Assembly: GCA_964016885.1 (NCBI GenBank)
Contig: OZ024745.1
Coordinates: 70,494,001 to 70,558,000 of the forward strand
DNA: 64,000 nucleotides
Direction: 5' to 3'
From: Eledone cirrhosa
Lineage: Eukaryota
Each line of letters starts with the position of its first letter. Position 1 is the stretch's first letter. Below the pieces are notes generated by a model. The model was not told where the DNA came from. It made no database searches and saw nothing but the letters and a program-made list of their open reading frames with translations. Of this stretch, positions 14,411-28,161 are shown piece after piece. The translations under genes were made by a program, and so were the position numbers.

Positions 14411-15365
14411 AATCTGAGTCTTTCGAATATTAATAATAACATTCGATTCGTTTGCAATTATGCAAACAAGCCTCAATTTTATAGCCATGTCAGTAGAATG
14501 AACTCTTCATTATTGCTCTTGTGTTGGCATGTGAACAGAACTGCAGACCACTAATGCTCCTGGGTATCACCCTTCATCAATACAGCTCACTGTTCACCTG
14601 CCAAACTGTGACAGCTAGTGAATATATATACATATATAAACATGACGTAATAAATATGTAGTTATTGCAAAACAAAACTTTATATTTAAGAAAACAATAA
14701 TGTCAGCGCTAAAATTCGTACTATAATCGGCAATGAAAGATTAATAATTTAAAACTGCACTCGAAATATGAACGAAAGAACACAAACATAAGCATAATAG
14801 TTAATTTTCAATACATTGATATTTCTGGTTATGTTTGGCCTTATATGAATTTATCAGCGAAGCAGAAATTACCAGTATCCCCAGTACCTGAGTAAATAGC
14901 TTCTATGGCTATTTCCCAGCAGTGGTTATTTCGCCGACAATACATGTTTCGTACGGAATAAATTGCATACAAACAAAACTTAAATGAATAATACCCTTTT
15001 CAAATGTTAAAGGATTAATAATAAATATTCAGATACAAGGAAATTTTTGATCTACTCAGATCATTTAGATCGGTAGATATGACTTCTAATAATTGTGCAC
15101 CTCTCTTTCTCTTTCTCTCACTCTCTTTCCACTCCCCCCTCTCTCTCCATCCATTCCCCCCTCCCGATCTCCCGATCTCCCGATCTCCTTTCTCTCCCTC
15201 CCTCAACTTCTCTGTCTCTCTCAGGTCAAAGTGGGTGAAATATAATCCCAAACCTAGCTGTGTGGAATAAGATAAGTATGTTTTAGCAAGCAGCACATAT
15301 ATATATATATATATATATATATACGATATTAAACAAATGGAAACTATATTTATAAAACCATATTT

Positions 15366-15428
15366 ATTTCATTATACATATTTCAGGGATACCATATTAA
15401 AAATATGCATGCCTTCGTCAGATAAAAT
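15366..15428 (-). ncRNA. Type I hammerhead ribozyme, same family as 3642-3940
   Basis: Minus strand ATTTTAT-CTGACGA-AGG..CCT-GAAA-TATGTA-TA-ATGAAAT. The element ends in TA at ~15322, the same point as the short arm at 3985. Confidence 0.82.
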
Positions 15429-15524
15429 ACAATATATAAACAGTTTTATAAATAATTTTGACGTACCATATTATAAGCGACCATTAAATTAGGAAGCTGT
15501 CTGGGTAGTGATTTGTTTATAACT

Positions 15525-15995
15525 ATTTAGTTATAGTGTTAAGCACAGTTAGAAAGAAGACGGAGAGAAAGAAGAAACGGAGGTAAAGAAAAAACAGAGA
15601 AATAGAGGGGAGAGAAAGAAAGGAGGAGATGAAAAGGAACAAGGAAGAAATAAGAGAGGCCAAACGAAAGCAACAGATAAATAATTATTCACCATACATA
15701 TAGAAAAACTCAAGAGAGGGGGAGTACTATATAGAGAGAGATGGATAATAATTATTTAGTTATAGTGTTAAGCACAGTTAGAAAAAAGACGGAGAGAAAG
15801 AAAAAACTGGAGATAAAGAAAAAGAAAAAACGGAGAGAGAGAGGGGGAGGAAGGAAGAGAGAGAGAAAATATAAATATATAGGAGGAAGTGAAAGAGAAA
15901 TAAGAGAGAAATAGGAGAGGCAAACGAAAGCGATAGATACATAATAATTCATCATACACAAAGAAAGAGGAGAAAGTGCTATATAGAGAGAGAAG
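15525..15995. repeat. Tandem direct duplication of a ~230-bp purine-rich unit
   Basis: ATTTAGTTATAGTGTTAAGCACAGTTAGAAA...CTATATAGAGAGAGA occurs at ~15525-15752 and ~15755-15995. Confidence 0.85.
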
Positions 15996-17310
15996 GATAC
16001 AGTTACATCTTTACGTCATGTCATATCAATTTGAATTATCAATTCATATGAAATGGATAATAAGAATACAAATATCAATATTCATGAATGAGATATAGAT
16101 ATATAATATGAGAAAATAACATTGTTCAATAATGACCATATGTTTAGTTTAAAACTCTGAGGTCAATATACCAAAATCTGAGATAAAACCTTCAAAAAAT
16201 TACCCTATTTATAAAAATACGGAAATATAAATGTATATATATATACACGTATATGTACTTTCTGAAAAAAGAAAAAAGAAAAAAGAAAAAAGAAAAAAGA
16301 GAAAATTATGTCTAACTCTAGTCATTAATATAGACATACACATGACTTCACCTGATCAACTCTATAATTTCTTGTGTCATACAAAAAATTTCTTGTGTTA
16401 TAAAAATGTCACTGTATATATAAATATACGATTAATATTCATGTTCTCACATATATGATTACGGTTTATGTATTTAATATTATGCATATCTGTAACATAT
16501 ACAAAACCATAAATATATATATATATATATATGTATATATAAAATCTGCGTGAGTTTTCCAGCATCTCTACGCACACATACAGACACATGAACACATAAA
16601 ATAAACTCTATAAACCTTCTATATGCATGTTAATACATATATGGCCTTTGTATAGAGATAATCAAATATCAATATATCAGCACAGAAACATCAAAACATT
16701 AAAATACTTTCAACACATTATAGAGTATCTCAGGCCAAAAATAATATGCTTCATATATTTACTACAGAAATGTACCCTTCCCATATTTCAAACAATATAT
16801 TGCAAAGTTATTTATAAGCTATCAGAGTCAAATAACAAATAAAAACCAAAAATTATTTAACAAAAATTATTTAAAAGATTTAGAAGACCCAGTGATTCTA
16901 CGGATGCCCTTATATTTAGTATAGAAATTTATCTTGCGTAACATTTATTTAATACATTGGGATCATATACACTTTAGAGTAGTTTATTACATCTTTGTTT
17001 ATATTTAGGAAGAAGGTTTAAAAAGAAAAAGGTGAAGGAATCAAATGATTTATATATATAATAGTACTTTTATAATGCCTATAAAATGGTTTCTATTTAA
17101 TAATTCATTAAAATTAAAGTAGTTTATTCTTTCGAACCAACTATTTGTTTAGAAAGGAAGATAAAATAAAAGCAACATATACACAACCAAAGGTTGAGTC
17201 GACTGGACAATATCAGGGATCGATTAAACCGAAATGTATGACATATTAATATTATAATATACAGTGCAAGACGTATCACAATTTTAGAAATACTAATATT
17301 ATTGTACCCA

Positions 17311-17531
17311 GGGCAGTGAATTGGCAAAACCTGTAGAGCGTCGGACACCATACTTTGCAGCATAGAGTTACGGCCCTTTACCTTCTGAGTTCATATCTTG
17401 TCGAGGTTAGCTTTGCCTCTCATCCTTACGAGGTCGATAAAATTAAACACCAGTAATGCATTGGAGTCGATTTAATCGACTTTCCCCTCCTCTCAAATTG
17501 TTGGTCTTGTGCCTAAATCAGAAATCATTAT
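17311..17531 (+). mobile_element. SINE family B, longer variant
   Basis: Same head and body plus the GTCGATTTAATCGACTTTCCC segment shared with 50249-50412. Confidence 0.78.
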
Positions 17532-18714
17532 TGAAAACTTTTGGAATTAAATATGATATGTATGACCGTGAATATCGTTCAACGTAATCAAAATAGGGCG
17601 CTCCGTGTTTGTTGTATGTCTAAACCTTATCTAGCATTTGAAGAATATTCTGCATACAGGTAAACTATTTTATGCAAACTGAAAATGCCTGATATAAGCT
17701 CAACATAGCTAAACAATATAAATGCCACTGAAATGATAACTCTATTTCTATTCAGAGTAGAATATATTGAATAATAAAGAAATAACAGTTGTTCAGTCAA
17801 TGAAATAATTTAGCTGAATTTCAATATCTTAATAATGAATTCTGCTCTCAATCTTCAATCTTCATTAAATTTTAGTTCATGAGACTGCATTATGCTTAAT
17901 ACGTTCATTCCGATGCACTAAATATATCCCATCTCACATATTAGTAGATTATCTACCGTGAAAACCTTCTGCTTCAAGGACATATATTCATTAATTTAAA
18001 CAAACAATATATATTGAAATATAATGAATATATAGAATCTATAAAAACAAAAAATATAGGTGTTATATACAAATAATTATATATATAATATATATAAAAT
18101 TACTTTATGCATAATAACTCATATATATTCTAGACACTCTCTCCAGTTCAGTGTATATGGCAACGTATCTGTACGTTTCTTTAAAGCAGTACGTTAATAA
18201 TATTAATGTTTTTAAGCAATATATACAATAAAAATCATATTGAGGTAATTAGTAAATTTAAGTATATAAATAATTGCTCATGCTTAATAATCAAAACTTA
18301 AAATACATTTCATTTCTTATTTCTACACTATTCTAATATTGCGCTGTTCTCATTAGTTTTCTTAATGTTAACTAGATTATTTTATTATTCAATGAATTAA
18401 TTACAACTGATCGCTTCAAATTTCATCTGTCATTCATTTCTCATTATCTGTTCCTTGTCTCATCAACTTATATGTTTGTGTCAAGTCGAAATCTTCTATC
18501 TCTTATTGGATGGAGGCACACTGAACATTTCTAACAAATTCTTCAAAATCGATTTCAAAATATTTAAATAGTTTTGTAAAATATAATATTATAATTTTAT
18601 AAGAAGTATTATATATACAAGTATTTCCTTTTGAAACTGTTTCTAAAAACATTCTTTTCTCCGAATTAATGTTCGTAAAGATATGAAAATCTTTATTCAA
18701 AATTTATTACTTTT

Positions 18715-18771
<57 letters not shown>

Positions 18772-19583
18772 ATCGAAATTCTTCTTCTGCAACGCTCTAG
18801 CAGAACTATATGAATAAACGTTAATAAAAAAAATTCCGAATAATTTTCGGTAGGTAATTTTTTGCTTGGAGTCAAATATTTGAGTATTTTTAACTGATCC
18901 TTTTAAAAGATATTCTTATTTCTGCTATTAATATTTCGTGCGCCTCTACTAAAATTAAGTATTAATTTTTGTAAGCATACCATACACGTCAAATTATATC
19001 CTGGTTAATTGCTATTTTAATGCTTTTTCTTTCTTTATTCATATGCACAAACACTCAAACACATGCACAAACATACAAATACACAACACACACAAGCTCA
19101 CGTGTTCATAAAAATTCAAACACGTGAACGTACACACTCATGCACACAAACAAAAGAATCCAGAAAAACGTATGTCATTTTGAATACACCATACATTTTA
19201 TGTTTTGATAATGATTTGTTCGATATTATCTTTATTGTGTTTTTATTTCAAAGGCTAAAACGTCATATTATTTATTCCCGTTGCAACACGAAACCTATTT
19301 TCTCAATAATACATACCAATGCTTTTGTTTCCTAAAAAGTTTTTAAGAACTCAACAACAGAATTTACAATACAATTTGTTCTTCCCAATACATTTCGTGT
19401 AATCTTTTAAATGGAAAGAATGCTTTATAAGCCTTGAATGGAAATAATGTGTGCACACATATATAAATACATCCGTACATATGTCCAAACATAGACACAT
19501 ACATAGAGAGCGACGGGCAAGATACTTTATTTCCAAGTATCTAACTTTATATATATATATATGTTGTATCATGCGTATATGTA

Positions 19584-19657
<74 letters not shown>

Positions 19658-19794
19658 CATGTTAATATCTCGTTATAAACATATATATCTATAGACTAAT
19701 GGCATCACCTACACGCATCGTTTATTTTACTGATTTGTATTTCTAACGTACAAAACTTATTATATCATTTTGTCTAACGTACAAAACTTATTAT

Positions 19795-19839
<45 letters not shown>

Positions 19840-19864
19840 AGGGTTGTATTAAAAAATATTAATA

Positions 19865-19910
19865 CACCCGTGAAAAGGTTTGCTGAACACACAAGCCGAA
19901 AGTTTTGGCG
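19865..19910 (+). ncRNA. Degenerate hammerhead-like motif
   Basis: CACC-CGTGAAAA-GGTTT..AAGCC-GAAA-GTTTT-GGCG. Stem II is good but the core is damaged. Confidence 0.3.
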
Positions 19911-20057
19911 CCGCGGTCTGGATTTTATATATTTATATACCCACTCTACATGTCCCCACATGATTAGTGGTCTCCACGGCATCTGCAGCGCAGACTCCAT
20001 ATATCATGATTTCTTTCGAATGAAACAGTTCTCGACCTGTAGAAGCTATTTGTATAT

Positions 20058-20103
<46 letters not shown>

Positions 20104-20121
20104 TATTTAATATACAAATAG

Positions 20122-20169
20122 CTTCTACAGGTCGAGAACTGTTTCATTCGAACGAAATCATCAGGAAAG
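20122..20169 (-). ncRNA. Type I hammerhead ribozyme
   Basis: Minus strand CTTTC-CTGATGA-TTTC-GTTC-GAAT-GAAA-CAG..CTG-TA-GAAG, with a GUA cleavage triplet. Confidence 0.8.
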
Positions 20170-20171
20170 TG

Positions 20172-20219
20172 CTTTCCTGATGATTTCTTCCGAATGAAAC
20201 AGGTCTAGTCCTGCAGAAG
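20172..20219 (+). ncRNA. Hammerhead ribozyme, probably inactive (GCA triplet)
   Basis: CTTTC-CTGATGA-TTTC-TTCC-GAAT-GAAA-CAGG..CCTG-CA-GAAG. Confidence 0.7.
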
Positions 20220-20302
20220 TCATTTGTATATTAAATATTTATACGTTGCTATGTATTGAGTACATTACTTAATGTGGTTTCCCCTGATTGAACCCGGGAT
20301 AA

Positions 20303-20371
<69 letters not shown>

Positions 20372-20375
<4 letters not shown>

Positions 20376-20564
20376 AAACTTTTAAACCCCGACGGCAGAA
20401 CTCAAGCCATTTCGACGGCTATTTCTACGTCCAGAAATAGTCGTCGAAACGGCTTGAGCTCTGCCGTCGGGGTTTAACATTTTCCTATTACCAACTCTAC
20501 TACCCTAAGTATTGAGTACTCTGGTGCGTTATGGTCCATCTGGTTCCTTATCACATTTCCTTCG

Positions 20565-20567
<3 letters not shown>
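20372..20567. mobile_element. Family A fold-back mini-element
   Basis: Same family, centre ~20429, TA flanks. Confidence 0.85.
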
Positions 20568-20650
<83 letters not shown>

Positions 20651-20653
20651 GGC

Positions 20654-20868
20654 GTAATTCAGGCTGTTTGTTTGTTTACAAACGAACAAACCGAGCATTA
20701 TAATAAATGTTCGGTAAACTGATACGTGCATATATATATGTGTGCCTGTATGTATATATATACATGCTACTGTACGTCTGTATACATATATGTATGTACG
20801 TATACATACATACTTACATTTAAGTAAGTGCCGTACTAAGAGTGAGAAATGAAATTTCGTTTCATTCT

Positions 20869-20875
<7 letters not shown>
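20654..20875 (+). mobile_element. Unclassified TA-flanked repeat, same family as 60476-60760
   Basis: Shared ACCGAGCATTATAATAAATGTTCGGT hairpin, and CTAAGAGTGAGAAATGAAATTTCGTTTCATT end before (TA)n. Confidence 0.7.
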
Positions 20876-20903
<28 letters not shown>

Positions 20904-21074
20904 TTATCTATTAATCTATTTATTTATCTTTAATGACTGAACCTGAGTCAGGTTCGATCATTAATAGATCGTTCCTCGAGCTGATCGACAGTGAAACATA
21001 TGTAATATTTAATTAAATATATATATGATGCATCATTGATTCTTTGTTCCCTTATATATCAATACTATATATAT

Positions 21075-21290
21075 TTAGTGGTAAAGAAAACGGTAGGTTA
21101 TATACGAAGTTTGAGGCACACACAGTCGAAATGACGAGTTCAGTGTAGTGTTACGTTCACAACATATCAGCAACCATGTTTGAGGATACGCGTTTCTCAC
21201 TATAACCATACACGAATTGAAAAGCCTCCTGTTGAAACACGTGTCCTCGAATATGGTTTGCCAATTTCTTGTGAACATTTCTCTCTATAT
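21075..21290. mobile_element. Old fold-back element with degenerate hammerhead
   Basis: 21155-21196 pairs with 21234-21276. The right arm reads CGAA-TTGAAAA-..-GAAA-CACGTG-TC-CTCG and the left arm has an extra tail to TA. Confidence 0.6.
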
Positions 21291-22760
21291 ATATATATGT
21301 GTGTCTGTGTGAACGCCCGTATGTGTGTGTGTGTATGTTTATTCATGTGTGTATGTATATATATACAAATAATATAATCATCCGAGATTCTTAAAAACCT
21401 TTGTTATAATTGATAGATAGCGTATGGTATTGTTCACAATTGTATATTCAGATTATCATATTTTAGTTGTTGTTGGCGGTGACAGCCCCAAATCAACTCA
21501 GATCGAGCAGAGCTGTGATCAAAAGTATTTTAGGCGTGACCATACCGACGATTGTTTATCAGTAATTTCATTATGCAATGTAACATTTATATAACAAAGA
21601 TTACATAGCTAGATATAGAAGCCGTATTAGATAAAATCATAATCGTATACTCCATATTCATCAGTCAGTTTTAATTTTGAGCGCCTCTCAAACCGCCAAC
21701 TGTACAGTAGTTTCAGCAGTACAGCTTATTTCTTTTACATCAAACAAGTAGTGTTAGAAGAAAAGAATATAAAATGAAAGGGATACGTTAGAGAGAGATT
21801 AAAATAAGATCTATAGAAAAGGGGGGAAAATTTGCAGTTTATCTTCTGAATTATTGAACATAGATTTACAAAAAGATAATTATACTTTTTGTAACATATT
21901 AAATTATTTACAACTTACTCAGTCTAAATTCTACTGAAAATATTCCGGCGGAATGTTAAATTAGTCGTTCAGAAGCATTTTCGTATTTAGTTACATGCCT
22001 TAATGTTCAATTACCTCTTCACCTTTCATCGTCCGAGAGTAGATTGAGTAAGTTCCATTTAAGTAGTGAAATTAAGCCTAATTGACTTCATTTCCCCCTC
22101 TCAGATCTTTGACCTCGTGCCTATTTTATAAATTATTATTTTTCAATGGCCACGTACCTACATTAGAAATCGTTATTTTGCAATATCTGAAAACACATTA
22201 TAAACAGTAAAAATAACTAAATTAATCGAAGTTGAATATCTGGTCAAATAAAAAGATTTGACATCATTGTTTTTTATATGAATATATACGTACAAACATA
22301 GAACATTTATAATATAACCATATATATAATCTCTCTATATATATAAATATATATATATATGTGTGTGTGTATGTGTGTGTGTGTGTGTATGTATGTGTGT
22401 GTGTGCGTGTGTGTGCGCGTGTGTGTGTGCATGTAGATACAACAAATAATCAAATGAACATATATTTACAATTAGTGCATTTAAAACATAGAAAAACAAG
22501 TATTGATATAAGATAAATATATTACACTATTTTTAGCCCAGAATTTTCATACAAATTTCGTATTTCTTCTTTAGTTGATTTATTTTTATAGTTATAATGT
22601 TTAAGTTTCTACTGAAATCTTTACTTTTCACTTTATTTATATATTTATTCTTTTTAAGTATTTTAATGTTTTCTATAATATATGACCCTAGATAAGTAAG
22701 TATTTTATATATTTATTTCAATTTATTTTCATACCCTATGTTATATATGTATGCGTATTT

Positions 22761-22871
<111 letters not shown>

Positions 22872-22898
22872 CGCTTAAAAAAAACACTTGAATATTTG

Positions 22899-22933
22899 TT
22901 CTAAGTTTCATTTGTTTTCTTTTGCAGGTAAGT
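22899..22933 (+). promoter_or_regulatory. Candidate recursive splice site (3' splice site fused to a 5' splice site)
   Basis: TTCTAAG branch-like motif, TTTCATTTGTTTTCTTTTG pyrimidine tract, CAG|GTAAGT. Confidence 0.5.
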
Positions 22934-24823
22934 ACAATTTCTGTCTTAAGATATTGGTAAGATAAATTTTTTTATTTCCTATTTTTCGAGTATTTCAGAA
23001 GATTCCAATAAAATGCTAAAACACTTCAATAAATTCAAGATGTTAAAAAACATGGAAGGTAAAACAAAATACACATATATACAAAATACAAAATAAAATA
23101 TTTATACTGAAATCCATTAATCTAAAAGAAAATTCACGGCATGTTAGAAAATTGCATTTCATAAACAAAGCCACATATTTCTTTCGTATCTACATTTACG
23201 AATTCTTTAATGTTTGTTTGTGTTTGAGACGTCATAAATTCCATTACATTGGTTCGTAATGTCTTAAATCCATTATGTTACTTGTGAGATCATAGTTTAG
23301 TACATCTCTTTGCCACGTTAAGTAAATATGTAATCTCCATCGTAATTGTTAGCAAGTATCATTACACTCTAAAGAGAAATGTATAGAAATAATTATTAAA
23401 TTAGAGCTTTCTTGATTTATGGAAACGCGTAAATACAACAATGTAAACGTTAGTTATTTCAACTGACCTGCTTATTGCAAAGTCTACTGCCATCATTAGG
23501 ATAAAGAGTAAACAGTTTGTCTTCAGATCACAAAGTGGATTATCGAACATATTCAATTTATACTGATAATCATCAAAATCAATTAATGTACAAAAATTGA
23601 AATAAATTGACACGGGTAATATATAGTTAATTCTCGATAAACTATTAAATGTTATTGATTTATATATTTCTAGTTTCATATATGCAGAAGGTTTAAGTAA
23701 TAGATAAAGGTCACACGCTTTAATAAAGTAGTATTGAGAAATTTAAAATATAAATAGTTAAAGATTTCTGGTTATAACATTTATTGATGTTTTAAAATTA
23801 TATAAAATCTTGCATAGCATTGATCAAATTCACAGTAGGAGGCTGGATGTGTAATTTGTAATGTCTCCCCTCTGTGTGTCTGTCAATATATTTTTTCTTG
23901 TTTGGAAAACAAATTTATACGCAAAGCAGTTGAAATAAGCTCTTCATGCGCAATAGTAGTTCATTAGAATGAACTTGTGACCTGATTCCCATTCCATGCG
24001 AGAATGTTTCTACTTATATTGTTTAAAATCTTATGAACGAGACGAAAATCTCTTTACCTAATACTTCTGTGAGTGTCTTCTATTAGAGCATCCGCTTAAC
24101 CCATACATTGTAATGGACATAGGTTTGAATTACACGCATTTCAGACAGGCATAAATGTCATTAAAATGACTGACATTGTGACAATGTCAGACGGAGTCTG
24201 TGAGAGAACTGTGTTAACTGTATAAAAGTATTGGAAATGTTGAGCCATTTTGAGTATTATACAATAATATACTATAAGACATTCATTCCTTTCATTTTGT
24301 CTATGGGAATTCACCTAAAAATATTATTTAAAACATATTGTAAGCACATCACATTTATAAGTGGTGTTTTTAATTAGTTGTCTCTGAGCACATTCAACAT
24401 TTAATGTGTGTCAAAATATTTTAGAAATAAATTTACTGATAATCAAGTGCTTAACATTTCAATCTGGAAGGCTTTCTGTGTAATGTCAAGCTAAATATTG
24501 AAAGAAATGAAGTCATATTTTGCTGCAATATGGTTTTCCTCTAGACTGGAAACGAAATACATTTTGCAAACATTTTATAAACCGTCAACATTTTATAGTG
24601 AGTTTCAGGTATTTAATTCGGATCTTTTATAATTCATATGATTAAACGTAGAACTCTTCAATTTCCTTTCTAAATGTCTACGCTAACAAGTCAATTTATT
24701 CTGTTCTAGTCAAAGTAACACTTTTATTCCAATAAATATTATATTGAAATCATTAATATTTATGTCGATCCAATCGGTATTCCTACATTCTCTCACACAC
24801 AAGAAAATACACACACATACATG

Positions 24824-24872
<49 letters not shown>

Positions 24873-24929
24873 ATTATGTATTATGTATATATATGTATAG
24901 TTAAAATAACACATATATATATAAATGTA

Positions 24930-24990
<61 letters not shown>

Positions 24991-24999
24991 GTATATATG

Positions 25000-25089
<90 letters not shown>

Positions 25090-26854
25090 CACACACATAT
25101 ATATCCATACGAGTGTGTGTGTGTGTATGTGTGTGTTAATGTCTGCATGTATGTGTATGCATGTATTTTTAATTGTCGAAATAATTACGAAAATCCAAGG
25201 GGTGGACTATCATTTAAAGTCTGACAAACATCATTAAGGATGCTTTTCTATAAGACTTATTAATTCGGGTTACTTTTCCATTTTCAAGTATGCTATGATT
25301 CTTGAATGATTCAATGTGTCTAGAAACGTTTCTTTTTATTATCAACTGTGTTTTCTATAACATTGACGTTCTTTTCTCTCTCACAGACAATGTCTGTTAA
25401 GGTATTTCTTAACAGTTTACGTCATTCTATTCAACAAGTTTAAGAAACGTAATGGCATATATTATGTACATGATTTCTCACATATAGTGGTATCTATATA
25501 TTTACTGCAATTCTAAATTTATATTGTTAAATTTCCACTGACTATTTTCGTCATTGTCAGGTAAACCAGCAAGATTAAATTTAAAGGGGTTAAGATAATC
25601 TTTAACTCAATTCAACTCATATATGCATCTGCTATCTAACATTTTGTAGAATTAAACAGTAGTGAACCAGTGTAGAGGTGTTACGCTTTGCAAACATAAA
25701 TTCACCTTTATAGTAGGTTTATCATTTTACTATTCAATCACTTGCTTACATCAATTTGACTCACTTGTATATAATAAATTAATAGATTCATATAAGAAAT
25801 GTAAATATTAATATAAAGAATTTCGAAAATCATATTGATGAATTTCGACTTAATAGAGTCGTTAGAGAGTTGGATATATCTTCTGACTCTGTACTCTGTC
25901 ATATTAAATATCGCAGAGTTTCGTTTTGCTTTTAATCCACTCGGGGTTAATAAGAACATTACCAACCCTTGCCTGGTTTAATTCTCTCTCCTTCCAGCTG
26001 TTCTATTCTGAACGTTATATTGGATCTAGATTTCAGTTGGGTGAGAATATGGCTATATCACGGCTACATGGTTATTGAAATAATAATCTAAAGCATGATA
26101 CATACTTTCGATTGGCGACAGTTGTGGTGTATAAATCAACACAAGAACTATATTATAGGAACTAGTAATTAAATATTCAAGTGTTCAAATATATCAATAC
26201 AACTGATAAGTAGTTTTGTAGATTATTCTACAAATATTAAATTTTCAAACATTTCTTTGGAGATATAAATTAAAAGAAAATAAAATCTCTTGCATGATTA
26301 CTGGTTTTATTATCGAATGCTGTCGACAGCATTTGTTCATTTTTCCAATGATTTCTGGATTGCTGTTGTAGTCAACCTGTGGGTCATGGCAGCATCACTC
26401 ATCAACATATTCGCATTTCATATGGCTCCTTCTTCAGTTTGGACTCTAGGAGAGTGAGCCATTTTAACATTTCACCTATTTTGAAGGTGTTTCTCGTTTG
26501 TTATTCTTGTGCAACAGCAATCAGGTATCTATTGATCTAAGCGCTACTATCTATCCACTACTAATCTACGTCCTGGTGCCAAAGTGCTTGGTACCCTGTA
26601 AGCAACTAGACGGGCCTGTCGAATTTCTTCTCTATCTTTATATCCTTGTGCTTTCTTTCTCCTGGCCTATAAAGAGGGACATCTTCCATATAATGATGTA
26701 AAATGTTTTGGAGACAGTAGTACGTGATTTTCTATATGACACTTATTCCAACATTGAAATTTCTATAAAATATATTGGAATGTTATGTAATGTTGCAAAA
26801 ACACTATTAGAATACACACTACACATACACGCCCTTAAGTTGTGTAAGTGTGTG

Positions 26855-26980
26855 TATGTTTAGCGTAGCATTGTAAGTGAGTAATTTAGTATTGTAAGTG
26901 TGTGTATGAGTAATGTAGTGTTGTAAGTGAGTATATGAGTAATGTAGTGTGGTAAGAGTGTATATGTGTAATGTAGTGCT
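26855..26980. repeat. ~28-bp minisatellite
   Basis: GTAATGTAGTGTTGTAAGTGAGTATATGA-like units, about 4-5 degenerate copies. Confidence 0.75.
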
Positions 26981-27440
26981 GCAAACTTCATAATCAAAGA
27001 ACGCCGTCTCAGTTGCTGTAACAAATTTCCGCCTTTGTTTTAAAAGTCTCTATACAAATGTCTCTCTTTCTTTCATTTCACCCCTCCCTCGCTTCTCTAA
27101 GACTTTGCTTTCATAATCTTACACCTCTTCTACTTTTTACTCTCTACTCTTTCTCTCACACCCTCTTTCGTCATCTCTCTCATCTTTTCTGACCGATGTC
27201 TACAGAATGACGCAAGAGAGTTAATTCCGTAACAAAATGGCCAGATTGTTTTTATATGAATACGGGAAAATGAATAGAATGGAATTTAATTTAAATTAAT
27301 GCTTTATACATAAAATAAAAACTCCCATTTCTTGTCTGGTGGAATAAGGAACAATAATATATAGGTTCGTGGGTGCTCATTCTCTAATTTCTGTGTACAA
27401 TACTGAAACACACATAGACGACTTTCTTTTACATTATAGG

Positions 27441-27489
<49 letters not shown>

Positions 27490-27490
27490 A

Positions 27491-27552
<62 letters not shown>

Positions 27553-27579
27553 GTGTGTGTGTATGTATATATATATATT

Positions 27580-28099
27580 GGTAAAGGGAAAAGAAAATGG
27601 TGACAAATTGTTCACAGTGAAAAATAGTTTAATTAGGAATAAGTGATATTTAGTAATAGTATTGGTTAGTATTCAGTTTTGGTTTTAAGTTTTACCGGTT
27701 GCGCATTTCTAATGCTTTTCAAAAATAATTTTGAGATAGAGCGTCCGTGATGTTTGCTCTAATCTGATTAGTTTTGGAAATTCTACCTGTTTTTATGTGA
27801 AAAAAGTGGCTCCAGATGTAATAAAATAAGTTTCGCGCCAATTCGTGTTGCAAAAATTCTTGTGGTCAAAACAATTTTGATTGGTCGGTAGAGTCATGTG
27901 AATGTTAAAAATTGAGTTTGCGCCAAATGTAGGTTTGTGTCGGCTGATTGAGAAGTCACTGAAAAATAAGTCTTTCAAAACAAATATGTGTGTGTGTAGT
28001 AGTAGTAGTAAAGAGGTTCGTTGTTGTGATAATGGTCAGCAAGGATGTGTGTGCGAACCGCAGCCTGTTGACAGTTCAGATGCCTATTAAGACAAGTGC

Positions 28100-28161
<62 letters not shown>

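Noticed and set aside
26855-26980. CRISPR-like repeat array
   Set aside because: These are contiguous tandem units without unique spacers, in eukaryotic DNA.
27186-27240. CTGACCGA-TGTC..GACG hammerhead-like remnant
   Set aside because: The GAAA is missing and the stems are unconvincing.
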